A stretch of 64,000 bases of DNA from Octopus vulgaris (Eukaryota): NCBI GenBank assembly GCA_951406725.2, contig OX597814.1, forward strand, positions 147,188,001 through 147,252,000. The letters are read 5' to 3'. Below the pieces are notes generated by a model that saw nothing but the letters and a program-made list of their open reading frames with translations, made no database searches and was not told the origin of the DNA. A program made the translations under genes and the position numbers. How positions within the stretch are numbered: the first letter of the stretch is position 1; each line of letters starts with the position of its first letter. Below, one piece after another: positions 12,920-27,365 of the stretch.

Positions 12920-12970
12920 AATATATGATGGTCGTGTATGCTTTACAAGCATACACGACCATCAAATATT
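12920..12970. repeat. Perfect 18-bp hairpin/palindrome with 3-nt loop
   Basis: TGATGGTCGTGTATGCTT-TAC-AAGCATACACGACCATCA, extended by AATAT/ATATT after one mismatch. Confidence 0.92.
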
Positions 12971-14430
12971 GCAGACAAAGCGTTCCTCACTCACTACACC
13001 TGCAGTGCTCATTCGAGCAGCACGCTCAATTTCTTCATGCAGAATATGTTCTCTCTCAAAAGTGTCGACCTCTTCCTTAATCTGCTTTCTCCATCTGTAG
13101 CGATGACAGCCATTGTTCTATATGCTAAAGTTTATGTAATTGACCGTTCTTTACAAGACGATATGTGGTCATGAGCCGGTATTTTGTGCTAAAAATACCC
13201 AGATATTGTAAACCTAGCCAAATAGTTTTTGTAACAATTCGAAATATCAAAATTTGGGAATATTTGAGGTTACTCTAAATCGCTAAATAGTAAGTACATG
13301 ATGCTTGCAAAAACCAATGAGTGGAAGATGAAAATTTAACGAAAGGAAATCTTTCATTGAATGAGTATATATTACTGATGTGCACTTGTAGACATCTATT
13401 TGAGATCAACATCAGTCGATGTAACCAAGGTCTCAATTATACTTCTGAAGTTTATCGGATAAATGTGACAACAAATATGCGACATCGTTTCAGCTCGAGT
13501 TTCCAATGTTATAGGAACCAGTATGCCAATAATATAGATTTATAATAGGAAATCACAAATTTGTGGACAGATACTTGATTTTTACTCAGTTCAATAAACT
13601 GAGAAATGAATGTCCTTTAATTATTTTCACCCAGAATATAAAGGGGAATTACTAATTAACAAAGACTTTTATGCCATTATCTGCTTACAAAGCTAATCAA
13701 AATATACTGTATATCTACTATACAGAAAATATGCACAAAGCGTGTGTGCGTCTATTTTAATTGACGTGGTTCCAATTCTAAGAGTGAGTTCATCCAATTC
13801 ACATAGAAGAGTGTGTAAAAGAAGAAAGGTTACACAAAGTTTATATCTCTATATCTAGACAAGCAACAATTATGCATTCTTCTGGGAAATTTTTTCTAAT
13901 GAGTCCACATCAAATTTCGAGATAAATTTTATAACAAAATAAATCACAGCCATTTTAGCTGCAAAGAATACAGAGAAATACACATTTCCTCAAAGTCTTT
14001 TTGAAAAAGATTAATGGATGATAATAATCAGTGTTTAGGCCTTAAATCAATAAATGGCAAAACATTTAACATGGATCCGAGAAGAATCGGGTAAAGATCG
14101 CTATGAAATAAAAGGAAATTTCCCACAAGACGTTCAGTTATCAGAGATAATATCCGTGATCAACAAAGCAGTCACTTTCATAAATTTCTTGAAGCAACTC
14201 ATAAAAGAGTTTGCGGTGAGTGAGTGTTTTGACGTTTCTACTGAGGTTGTAGAAATCGAGTGTACTTGATTGAATGTGGGCACTTTTACATTAATAGTGA
14301 AAACAAATTACCAGCTAATACAATTTATGGATAGGTTTTAGTGTGCATAAATCTTCAAGAATGCTGCAGCATGATCGAAGATACTTGACTGATACAAGTA
14401 AAAAATTATATATATTGTATATATATATAT

Positions 14431-14495
<65 letters not shown>

Positions 14496-14692
14496 ATATA
14501 TATATATGTATATATACATATATATATATACATACATACATATGCATACATACACACACATACATAGACACTTACGCACACAAAGACACCATACAGGCGT
14601 GCACACATGTAAGTGGTGACCAAAATAGAACAGCTGTACTCATGGATGGTTTCAAACGTAGTGTTTGTATAAAAGTACTGAAAAGAAGTTCA

Positions 14693-14773
14693 AAATTCCC
14701 AACAGCTGTTTCAGGAATAACTTATTGGTGCATACTTAGATTACACGAAGGCACACCATAATGAGGTAAATTT
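14693..14773 (-). ncRNA. Degenerate hammerhead motif (left arm of foldback)
   Basis: Minus strand AAATTTAC-CTCATTA-TGG..CCT-GAAA-CAGCTG-TT-GGGAATTT. Palindromic stem III and GUU intact; core CUGAUGA altered to CUCAUUA. Confidence 0.5.
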
Positions 14774-14912
14774 CAAACAACAAATAAATCAAAATGATAG
14801 TTAGAAATCAAGGCTGACTAACTCAGCAACTTCATAGCGACTTCTTTTTCCAGGTAGTTTCTGAGGTAGTCAACACCTGCTTCTTCCCTACATGGTTGTT
14901 TCGTCAATGCTT

Positions 14913-15000
14913 AAATGTTCCCTTATGTTGAGGGGGATTTACCTTGATGTAATTTGAGAATGCATCAATGAAAAGCTGCCGAAACAGCTGCTGGGAATTT
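14913..15000 (+). ncRNA. Degenerate hammerhead motif (right arm of foldback)
   Basis: TTCCC-TTATGTTGA-GG..TTGATGT..GCATCAA..CC-GAAA-CAGCTG-CT-GGGAA. Stem I TTCCC/GGGAA, stem II GG/CC, damaged core. Confidence 0.45.
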
Positions 15001-15406
15001 AGAACCTCACATTTTTATACATGCAATATACATGGAATCATCCCTGAGTTGGACCTGCTGCATCTACTAGATCGGGTACATAGGTGTATATGCATTTGTC
15101 TATGTGTATTTGTATATATGAATAGATAGATGTGAAAGTGTATACATGAATACATACAGCGTACAACCAACAAACAGCAACATTAAGTCGCTCATGCTTA
15201 TTGTAAGACCGGTAACGAGCTTACCTGGCGTACTGCAAGTTCAAATACCTAAATTCTAACGACTCCTGCAACTGAACACACAATTACGCAGGCTTGCACA
15301 CACACTCGCTTATGTATATAATGTCAGTATAACGCCCTTGTCATATTTAGTGACGATTATAGTTTTTTTCTTTTCCGTAAAACGTTGCATACAGGTGTCT
15401 ATTTGA

Positions 15407-15477
<71 letters not shown>

Positions 15478-16688
15478 GTATGATAATATATAATAATAAT
15501 AATAATAATATTTATACTCCGATTGGAAATGATGTACCAACCCAAGCCGGAATCGAACCCACCAATCAACGATAACACGGCTCTATACGCATCCGATTGC
15601 CAAACTTAATGAATATATACTTAACCTGTCTAATATTACATATAAGATTTCTATATACATAGTATATATTTATATGCATATGTACACACACACACACACA
15701 CACACACCCACACACATATAATTAGATACAGAGAATGAATGTCTCTATCCACATATTTTGGCGAGATATGAAGGCATATTATTATCATTATTATTATTAC
15801 TTGAACTTTTCATATAAAGAAAAACCTCGTTTCTAACAAAGAAACACCATACGGCACAATGGCTGAAATATGCCAAGAAATGTGGAGACTAAAGTTTTGC
15901 AAGTTAGAATACGTTTGCATTTATTTGCCTTCGTTCTCCTCATCCCTACGGAGGAAATCTCCATGGTTATAAACTGGATATGTATGGAGAATATACTATT
16001 GATATTTTGGTTAATAAACAGATAGCGAATCGTTTACTAACCAATACTTCAATATCAGTAGAGAGTAGGTTAATATATCAAAGATATGATATCACTATAT
16101 TTTCCGTAATCTTTCTAAATGAAGATCAATTTACAGAAAGAGGCATTCATCAATGATTCATTTGAGTATGTGTTTTATTTATTTTTAAAATGATATGAGT
16201 TCCGGCAATCTGGAATGAAAATAAATATATTAGATCACCTTTCATATGATCATTTGAATTATATATAAATATATGTGTAAATGTATAGTTTTGTATGTAC
16301 AAATATATGTAGTTAGATACAAATACACACACGCATTCATTAAACACCCACAATCAAGCCATACACAAACACACACACACATGTCATTGTTAATATAGAC
16401 AACCACAGAAATTCAAGATTAATGAAATGACACACTGCAACGCACTACAGTTACCAAAACGTTCGTCCTTTGCGTAGCGACCACTTTGATATATTACTCA
16501 TAAAAGTCTTGCGTATCACTCTACTTAGACGTCGTACGGGTTCATATTTACACACAGGTGCATGATCGCGCACACACAGTTACGTACGCAGACTCTAACA
16601 TGCATACACGCAGATATATATACATGTTTCTATATATGTACAAGTATACATACATATATACATATATATATACATATATAAGTATATC

Positions 16689-16748
<60 letters not shown>

Positions 16749-16868
16749 TATATTGATAAAAATGGTATGACATCAAAAGAAAGAGAGAGACATCGAAATT
16801 ATGTTCATAGTATACATATATGTACAAGTATACATACATATATACATATATATATATTATTATCTATG

Positions 16869-16919
<51 letters not shown>

Positions 16920-16923
16920 TATA

Positions 16924-17089
<166 letters not shown>

Positions 17090-17576
17090 GATAAAAATGG
17101 TATGACATCAACAGAAAGAGAGAGACCTCGAAATTATGTGCTTATAAAGACGTGGTTTACTCTTCGCTACTCCCTTATGCCTTTTTCTGTATTATTACTC
17201 TTAACCCTACTTTTTCATGTGCTGTGCGTATATAGACGTGTGGATGAACCTTTATGACGCGTGTGTTTGTATGTGTGGGTTTGTATGTATATACATATAT
17301 ATTTGGCGAATGCTGAGAGTGAGGATGTGTACGTTTTGATGTGAGGGTGGCTGAACGTATACTCTTAGGTGCACACACGAGGGTGTGCGGGCGCGCATGT
17401 ATAGGTATGAAGAGGCGCACTTACGCGAATACTAGGAACTCTTTTACCCTTTACTTTTACTCCCTCCTCTTACTTAGCGGTCATTCAAAATAGCTCTTTT
17501 GTCTTAATAACGTTGAATCACACAGTAATTTCCCTTCGTATAACGGTAATTTTTCATAGCATATTTCTGATGGCTC

Positions 17577-17638
17577 GATAACTGAAGAGATAGCGGTGTG
17601 GTTTTTCCACCTCTGCATCCGAAGATCGGAGTTTTATC
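17577..17638 (+). ncRNA. Degenerate type I hammerhead motif with extended stem II
   Basis: GATAA-CTGAAGA-GATAGCGGTGTGG TTTTT CCACCTCTGCATCC-GAAG-ATCGGA-GTT-TTATC. Perfect 5-bp stem I GATAA/TTATC; stem III damaged. Confidence 0.55.
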
Positions 17639-17668
17639 ATGGGTACCGAATAATTGTCACATATTACA

Positions 17669-17711
<43 letters not shown>

Positions 17712-17864
17712 ATATATATTAGTGTAATATATACATGTATATATACATATATATATATACCTACATATACGTCAGCATGTATAAGTATATATAAAACACA
17801 CACACATAACCACACACAAACATACATATATAAAGCTTATGTATACAAATACTTAAACGTAGTA

Positions 17865-17933
<69 letters not shown>

Positions 17934-18459
17934 ATTTTTATGCCCATACACTCATACACACTCACATATGTGTGTGTGTATCAATTCTTATTTTTGTATT
18001 GCTTACGCACATTGTTCTCTTTATATTATGAAACATTCTAGGCATCTAATACTTTAATTGTATTTTATTTATTCTTTTTTTATTTGACTAATCCACCCTA
18101 GCAGTTTTATGGATTTCATTTTAATTATAACATCATGAGTCACTTCTGCGAATATTAGTTTCTTTTATTTCATACTACAATTCTATGAATGATTTCATAC
18201 GGTATTGCATACCGAAATAATGAAATAGAGAAATGCCTCCGCTGTACGTTATTGCAATATTTCAATATTATTATTTATTTACTGAAGTACAATATTTGGA
18301 AATACGTTAACGTTTATCATTAATAAACTACGATATTTAAACACTGATGATACAGCTGCACATAAATCACTGATATTCCAGCAATATATTGAAATATTAT
18401 ACCCTATTCGAAAGGAGAATTAAAATAGGATAATGATATTGCATCTTATCTTACAAGCT

Positions 18460-18815
18460 GGTGCAGGCATGACTGTATGTTAAGTAGGTTCCTTCCCAAT
18501 CATATGGTTCCGGTTTCAAAGCCTTGTGAGTGGAATTGGTTGACAGAAACTGAAAGAAGTTTTTCATTTGTGTGTATGTGTATGAGTCAATATGTCTGTG
18601 TTTGCCCTCCCCACCACAAGCGTTTGGCAACCGGTTTTAGTGAACATAATTCACTAATTCAGAAAAAGATATCGATAGAATAAGTACAAGGGTCGAAAAT
18701 GGGAAAAAAATTTAAAACGTACTCAGGTCGATTAGTTCGATAAAATTTCTTCAAGGTAGTGCCCCAGTATGGCCGTAGTCTAATGACTGAAATAAGTAAA
18801 TAACAAAGGATAAAA
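18460..18815 (+). mobile_element. SINE family B, internally deleted
   Basis: GGTGCAGGCATGACTG..CATATGGTTCCGGTTTCA..GCCTTGTGAGTGG..GTGCCCCAGTATGGCCGTAGTCTAATGACTGAAA. Confidence 0.75.
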
Positions 18816-19129
18816 TATAAAGCAAACACGCGAGTATAAGAAATTTTCGCAGCGTGTTGATTTGACCTACTAAACGTAACATCGGAATCTCAGAATTTAC
18901 ACATATATGTTTGAATAATGTGAGGGTCAATGTTATACAGAAATGAAGGTGCGTTCACTGCTAAATGCTAAAACCTATACAGCTATAAATTCCATGGCAT
19001 ATCGTTGCATAACAAACTACTTCCATTAACTAACACAACTTGCTATTAAAATAGAAAAGGCTGCGAGGCAATTTTCAAAACTAAATTATAAAAAAATGTC
19101 AGCCAAAATATTGGTTTAAAATTTTGCCA

Positions 19130-19275
19130 CAAGTACAGTTCTCGATTGGTAATTATTTTATCGACTCCGGTTGAATGAAAGATAACGTCAAGCTTAGCGA
19201 CATATGAACTCAGAACGTAAAGACGGACGGAATATCGCAAAGCATTTTCCTCGGTATGCTAATGATTCAGACATA
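19130..19275 (-). mobile_element. SINE family A, decayed
   Basis: Reverse complement aligns to the 47109 copy (GAACTCAGAACGTA..GCATTT..TGCTAATGATTC). Confidence 0.7.
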
Positions 19276-20123
19276 CCCAAAATATCAAGACATAATACTT
19301 TAAACGATTACTTTATGGTCTGTAAATAATTAATAAATGAAATGACTAACGACGCAGCATTCATCATAGCTAAAATTATATTAAATGATATGACCATATG
19401 TATTTCTAAGGAAGAGTACGATAGAGGCAGAATGCCCAAATTATATATATCATAGAATAACATGGAACACAGCTACTTGTAATGTGTCGGCAGCTAGTCA
19501 GAAAGAGATTTATTAAGAAAGGAAAGTATAGTCTATTTCAGGACGATATTTCTTTTCACATATTTTCTGTCCCTAAATTTACCAGTAATAATACTCATAT
19601 TATGCTTCAGTTCTTTCGTGGAACTATATTCATGGAAGATTCATAGCTCTTTAGAAATTTTCGTTTTGTATGTAATATTACTATACTGATTAATGTTTTT
19701 TTTTGATATTATTTTAGATTTCTAATTGCAGCTATGGGTCCATGAAGATATGAAGACATTTCTGCAAATTTTCTTCTTGTGGGTAAATAATCCTTGAGTA
19801 CTTATGGATACTGAGTATTAAAAGTAATGAATATTAAACCTAACACACACACACACGTACACACACTTTAGCATTGACGAAGGAGTGAATATAATTGTAC
19901 TTGTAGATGTCTATTTATCGTTTCATATCGAGAAGGCTGAGAGGTATATGTATACAGCTTTGGTCAAAAGTAACCTGACAGTAAATCAAAACCATTTAAT
20001 CCCAAAACAAAAAAATATAAAACAAATATATATATACATACATATGTGTGTGTGTGACCGCGTGTGCATCGTTGGAGATTTTTTTCCTCCGTCTTCCCTT
20101 CCTTGCATCTTTCCTTTTTCTAT

Positions 20124-20158
20124 GTTTCTGACGAAGAGCTCCGCTCGAAGCGTTAAAT
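20124..20158 (+). ncRNA. Minimal type I hammerhead motif (one core substitution, GAAG)
   Basis: GTTT-CTGACGA-A-GAGC TCC GCTC-GAAG-CG-TT-AAAT, inside a ~200-bp element between microsatellites. Confidence 0.7.
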
Positions 20159-20262
20159 CCTCCTTCGTTCTTTCCTTTCTTGAGCGCCCAATAACACTAT
20201 ACTTGTTCCACGTCCTCGCGTTGTTGTGTTTTCTCTTTGTGTTTTCATGTTTGGATTAACTT

Positions 20263-20356
<94 letters not shown>

Positions 20357-20497
20357 TATATGTGAGTATATATAAATATACATGCATATATTCAGGGAGA
20401 AAGTGTGTGATAAATAAATAAAATAGCAATGAGAGAAAGAAAGAGAAACAGACAAACAGGCAGATAGATAAATAGACAGACAGACAGACAGACAGAC

Positions 20498-20578
<81 letters not shown>

Positions 20579-22349
20579 TTAAATTGGCGTAGTTGGAGAA
20601 TAGAGCTCTGAACTTAGTCATTATTGCTATACTTCAGCCTTATTTATACTTGTGATATCTCAAACATCAGTTTTAATCAAAGTAGAAGTTCTGAAGGAGT
20701 TTTGCGACATCGCAGTAAGCGATGGGGAACTGATATTAAAATATCGACCAAAAAATGTTATGTTTCCAGTAGCGAAAACATGTGTCTATATCACATGATG
20801 ACAATAAATATGCTGAAGCATTTTCTTTATGTGGACTGTTTTGTTTTCAGCACCAACACCTTTCCAAATGGAAGAACGATACTGCATTGTGGTTTGATCT
20901 GATATTTTTAGTTTGTAGAGACTGTATTGTAATATCTCCGGAAACTTAAATCAAATTCCAGGCGCTGGAATGTGTCCCTGTGATGAGGATAGACTTTAAG
21001 AAAACTTAGGTGATAGTTTGATCTATCGGATAGTAATGATTTCAAAGTTTGCACGAGACCAGCAAATTCGGCGATTGACATTAGTCGAGAACAACGACCA
21101 GTGGTGAACACGTACCTATTTTAGCGATCCTGAAACACGCCAAAAACATTTTTTCCCGGCGTGCTAACGATTCTACTTATAAAATATTCCAATAATATTT
21201 AAAAGCTCTATTGAGAGAATTGATATAAGTATTGTTTGTGTTTTCCGGCAGCGGAAAGATACAAAATTACTTCATACCTATTGACGTTTCTCTGTTTATG
21301 CTATGTTTGGGATTCGGCGTGGGATGGGCGTCAAGCTGCAAAAATATGTATAATTAGAAAGTCTGAAGGGCAAGTGAAGGGTTACGTCATTTGCGTAAGA
21401 CAATGCGTGATTAGACCTGAAAGAATGTAGGTACACTATTGATGTATAGATAGAAGAATGCGTGGAATAAGTACAGCCCTAGAGAAGGCTGAAGCCGATA
21501 GCATAGGAATCAGAAAGCGACCCGTGAAACCAAGCAATGATAGGTTGAGCTTCTTTGAAGCAAATACCCTTGCAAATTCGATATGTAATTTCCATGTCAC
21601 GCTCGGTCGAAATTTTGCTGATTACGAGGAAGATTCCATCGCTTTCAATAAATTATTCAATGAGGAGAACGTTTATGAGAAGAGAAGAGTGGGTATATAG
21701 GTGATCACATGTGTATGCATTGTGTGTGCGTGGGTTTTTATGTGTGTGATCATGTCTATGCATACTTATGAACACAGACTCGCACACGTACACATATATG
21801 TGTATATATGAGGCTTCTGCTCACGAGACTACGCGAAACAGCCTGGAATTTGAAGTCATATCCATTTCCCAAATTAAATAAATTACACTCTATGCAACTC
21901 TTCAGTTCTATCATCGGCAAATGCTTGCTATATTCCACTTAGCAACAATAAAATTAATTTAGAGATGGGGAGCAGAGGGAGAGAGAAAGAGAGGGCTGTG
22001 TGAAGTGATAAAGTGCGGAAGAAAGGGAAGTAATTGAGAGATAATATTTTTAATGTCGATTTATAGATAGATTGAGTTATCTATAGATATAGCCGAGCAA
22101 AGATATACATGTACATACGTAGATCTAGGGGCATGGATCTGCAGAAAATCAGACATACGACTGGGCGCACACGTACTCTAGCACTCTTTCACTCTCTCTC
22201 TCTTTTTTCTTACACTCCTCTCTCTCTCACTTTTCTCACACTCTCTGTCACACGCCCAAACACACAAACACATATATACATATGGAAATATATACATAAA
22301 TATACAGATAAATAGACGGGAACATAGTAATAGACAAATAAAGAGATTG

Positions 22350-22367
22350 ACAGATAGATAGACAGCC

Positions 22368-22449
<82 letters not shown>

Positions 22450-22457
22450 GTAGGTAG

Positions 22458-22496
<39 letters not shown>

Positions 22497-22501
22497 TAGA
22501 G

Positions 22502-22584
<83 letters not shown>

Positions 22585-22840
22585 CAGATAGATAGATAAA
22601 CAGACAGTCTGACAGGCAGAAAGGCACACTAACAGACAAATATATTGGTTGATAGGTTGATAGATAGGCCGATCAACCGACCGATAGTTAGATATATATA
22701 TATGTTAACAGATAGATGCATAAGATATAGATAGGTAGCTAGATATCTCACCAGCTAGCTAGCTAGATAGATAGATAATAGATAGATAGTTAGATAGATA
22801 GATATATAATAGATAGATAGTTACATAGATAAATAGATAG

Positions 22841-22883
<43 letters not shown>

Positions 22884-22885
22884 AA
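22350..22885. repeat. Compound (GATA)n/(GA)n microsatellite
   Basis: Direct reading; other GATA/TATC tracts at ~8985, 10220, 20465, 33560, 51205. Confidence 0.97.
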
Positions 22886-24567
22886 TCGGCGTACAGAGAT
22901 GGCTTCATAGATGGTTATAATCCATTGTATACATGAATAGGTTTCATATCAAACGCTTATAAATGTATATGGGATATGTGCAGGGAAAGATAAATCCGTT
23001 TCACACCCTACCATTTCTGAATCCCTTTAAAAGCCTCCTTAAATGGAAAGTTTGCCCATGATTTATGTGATTTTCTAATTATCGGTTTAATGTTTTCCTT
23101 TTTAAAAATATAATCCTTTTCAATTTTACATGCTACCTTTATTTTTCTATACAAACGTTCAATTGTTTAAATCGTTTCAGAACATTCCAAACGGTTCTCA
23201 TATATAAGATATCAATATATGACGGGTTGTTTGTGAAGCCTCAAGTGTTGAATATATATGTGTATGTGTGAGTGTGTGTCTATGTGTTTATTATGCGAGC
23301 GTGTGTATGATCCTTTCATCAATATATGTGTACATATACATATATGTAACTACGTAAATGCATTTGTGCATATATATATATGTTGGTTATTGTACACACA
23401 TACATACATGCATAAATACATATATACACATATATATATACCTATGTATATATATGTACTTATATATATATATATATATATATATATCTATACATATCTC
23501 TAATCTCTAATTGTGAACGTGTGTATGCGTGCAGAGGTTCTGCGATGTTCATGCGTGTATCTTCTTTTGAATCAGCACTGCATGAATATATAATAATATA
23601 TATTAACTCTTCTTTTAACAATGATGTCGCAACGCCCAACACCATCTCAACCATCATTATCTCTCTTTACACAAACGAAATCATTTTGCAAATGAAATAT
23701 TTATTCCAATGGTTGACATAGCTTGTTCAATATTACTTGCTTAATGCAATGTAACAATGTTACAATTCATAATTGGTTTAAAGCGAATAACGTTTTTTGC
23801 GTATGATAAACCTGCCAGAGAGAATTAATAAACTATTGTTTCACTGCGAAGAGAAATCGATGGAAACATTATCACATTTGTATTTAGATATATGGTGTAA
23901 AATTATGATGATAAAAATCTATCTAATAGAATTTTAGATTTAAAAAGGCAACAGAATAAAATTTTATATTTCACGGTTTCTTTTATTTATTTTTTATTTT
24001 AATTTTTTTAATAATTCTACATGTTTGTTTATACATTTTAATTCCGCTTCTTTTGTTCAGAATTCCAGCTTTATTATTTTCATGTATTGTTCTGAGATTT
24101 AGAAGAATTTTGTTAAGCGATATGTGAGTGATATCTTTAATAACCAAATGTGTTTAAGTCAGAGCATCTATCTTTCTGTTAATCTATCTATCAGTCTATT
24201 TATTTATCTATCACTGCAGAAAAAACAAACAAGCGCAAAAACACATACGCACACACACACATATATATACAGTAGACAGGCAGACTGACATACCGGAAGA
24301 CAGACAGATAGATACATAGATAGAGTAAGTGATGTAGTGATAGAGGGATAGTTCTATTGATAGCTATTGTATGTATGTATGTAAGTATATATGTATGTAA
24401 ATATGCTGTATGTGTGTGCATGTATGTGTGTCTATATATATACATACACATACATGCACACGTACACACATATATATACATATATACATATTAGTAGGAG
24501 TGTGTGCGTGTGCGTCTGTATGTGTGATCATATATGTATTCGTGTGTGACTGTCTCTCTTTCTCTCC

Positions 24568-24611
<44 letters not shown>

Positions 24612-24616
24612 GTATA

Positions 24617-24783
24617 GGCGCAGTTATGAGTGTGTGCTAAGAAGATTGATTCCCGACCACATGGTTCCAGCTTCGGTTCTGCTCCGTGGCACCTTCGGCA
24701 AGTGTCTTCTAATATAATCTCGAGGCGACTAAAGCCTTGTGAGTGGATTTTGTAGACGGAAACATAAAGAAGAAACGTCGTAT
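24617..24783 (+). mobile_element. SINE family B, 5' half
   Basis: GGCGCAGTTATGAGTGTGTGCTAAG..CCACATGGTTCC..GCAAGTGTCTTCT..GCCTTGTGAGTGGATTTTGTAGACGGAAAC. Confidence 0.78.
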
Positions 24784-24857
24784 TTACATGTATATATTTA
24801 TACGTGTGTGTGTGTATATGCATTTGTATATGTATTGATGTATATATGTATATATAT

Positions 24858-24920
<63 letters not shown>

Positions 24921-26399
24921 CACACATATACATATATATACATATGCATATACATATACATATACTTATAAATATAAATATTCATACCCGTTGTTTTATG
25001 TGTTATATATGAATTTTAACTTATTACCAAATATTGTGAATTATATGATTCATTTAATACGTTGTATCTATGACTGCAGCTCGGAGTTTCCCCACAAGGT
25101 TGCATGCTACATTTGCAGAGTTATTAGTTGCTGCCTTGAAATCATACACAGCCCTTAATATGCATGCGTTGTTAATTAAATAGAAAATTTTGAATGATTT
25201 AAATATATTTCCAAGTAATATTCAGTATACTTTAGAGCCTGTCGAGACAAATTTGAAGGCTGAGCCATTTTTTAAATAAAAATTATCAGCATGCGTTTAA
25301 AAAATATAGCTTGCTACATTAAAACTGTTACGATTCCTTAGGTATGTAAGGTTTACTTTGCGTCGTTAATACTTGCAGTTTATTGTCAAGATTTTGCCAT
25401 TTAAAGGAGCTGGTATTTCGGTATCAATATCATGTCGATGTTTTTTAACATACTTTCTGAATTCAGGTTCAGTTGTAATACATGGATGTCGTTCTCGATA
25501 AAAGCATGCTTTACGCAATCGTATAATTAATAGAATTTTGTGCTAAATGCAACTGTTATTTATTTGCAAACCTTGATGAGCTAGGTGCAAATGTTACTTG
25601 GGTGTATTTACCTTCTATTTTTGTAGAGAGAATTAATATAACATGAGAACTTGAGTCAATTAATCGGTTCAATCCATCTTCAATATAAGTGAAAACAGAA
25701 CACATTATTATCCATGTGAGGTATTCTTTGAGAGATTAATGTAATCCACATGGGGATGAGTTTGTCTAAGAGAGGATGAGGTAAATCAAGAGAGGGAGAA
25801 GTTCAGAGTAAATAGGATCGAAGGCACGTGGCAGCTTGATCCTACGTAAACAATGTGTATTTCGTGATATTTGTTAGTTATGAAGATATCATAACAATTT
25901 TGATGCCCCACATATACCTTCCAAAGATTGGATAGCGTTATAAACAGAAATGTACCAGTAATTTACATTCTTGTGCAGCGGAGGAGAATCTGAGCAAATG
26001 TCAAATGTATGATGTCATTCGTTCCTCTATAATTTAAGTAGGATGGAAAGCAATCCAATATTAAATGGTTGCCCTCAAAACCGACTGTCAACGAATCTGT
26101 TAGATATAGGACACAAATTTCCTATAATTTTATTACTTAAACAGGGTAAAATGCAGCCTGTTATTAAATGTTTTTTCTCATGAACGGGGAAATATTTAGA
26201 AATTTACATAATTATCATTAAAAAAATCCCAGAAATATTTCAAAATATTAGGTATGGAAGAAAAGAATGCCTTTTCTGGATAATATCAATTAGCATTGAT
26301 GAGATAAAAGTGCAAATGACTCACCCGACCACCTTTTATGCTTGTGTGTTGGTATATGAATCAGCAGATATATCATATACCCTTACTCTTTTTACTCAT

Positions 26400-26718
26400 T
26401 TACTTGATTCAGTCATTTGTCTGCGGCCATGCTGGAACACCGCCTTTAGTCGAGCAAATCGACCCCAGGACTTATTCTTTGTAAGCCTAGTACTTATTCT
26501 GTCGGTCTCTTTTGGTGAACCGCTAGGTTACGGGGACGTAAACACATCAGCATCGGTTGTCAAGCAATGTTGGGGGGACAAACAGAGACACACAAACATA
26601 TACACACACATACATATATACATATATACGACGGGCTTCATTCAGATTCCGTCTACCAAATCCACTCACAAGGATTTGGTCGGCCCGAGGCTATAGTAGA
26701 AGGCACTTGCCCAAGGTG
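26400..26718 (-). mobile_element. SINE family B
   Basis: Closely matches the 9725 copy (GGCCATGCTGGAACACCGCCTTTAGTCGAGCAAATCGACCCCAGGAC..TCTACCAAATCCACTCACAAGG). Confidence 0.85.
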
Positions 26719-27365
26719 CATAAACCAATTTTGATAAATATTACCAAAACCTATACTCTAATTATCAATACATGTGTATACATGCATATATATATATACA
26801 GAGAGAGAGAGAGAGAGAGAATGAGAGAGAGAATGACAGAGAGAGAGAGAGAGGAGAGAGAGTGATATACGCATACACATACATACATACATTTATATAC
26901 ACACACATATATATATATGTATTCATGTCTGCATAACTTATACTTCAGCATTCTGATTTAGGAGATCATTTAAAATATTCCCCATAATCTCAGCATTCAA
27001 CAAAAACACATTAATGAAACATATAATCTTAATAAATAAACAATGAAATAATAAAGTATGCAATAAAAACAAATCACACCCTTGATATAGGACTGATATA
27101 ACATATTTTCAGAAATAATTAACTCATAAAACTACATGCATTACATAAAGTTATAAATTAGCATTACATATTATACTATCAAACATCAAATAGTAATTCT
27201 AAGAATACACATGCAAAAGCTTTCGATGCTCTCAACAAATTTTAATTAACTGAAGCAAATTAGCAAATCATAATGCTGTAAACTATAAAGTTATAAACTT
27301 CATAGCAATATTTATTGATCAGACACTGGCGATGAATTTTGTACAAGGAAACAAGATAACATTTA

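Larger units (their letters stand above)
14618..15073. repeat. ~455-bp imperfect inverted repeat (foldback)
   Basis: Arms align throughout: AAATTCCCAACAGCTGTTTC vs GAAACAGCTGCTGGGAATTT; ATTGGTGCATACTTAGATTACA vs TGTAATTTGAGAATGCATCAAT; centre TGACTAACTCAGCAACT (14815-31) vs AGTTTCTGAGGTAGTCA (14856-72), 15/17. Confidence 0.85.

Noticed and set aside
12870-13170. Possible piggyBac Cys-rich C-terminus on the minus strand (..VCAPECLYGW)
   Set aside because: Similarity too fragmentary; no TTAA/TIR identified.
15535-15605. tRNA-like sequence on the minus strand (GGTTCGATTCC B-box)
   Set aside because: No complete cloverleaf; most likely a decayed SINE head. The same applies to the other tRNA-like heads, so no tRNA genes are called.
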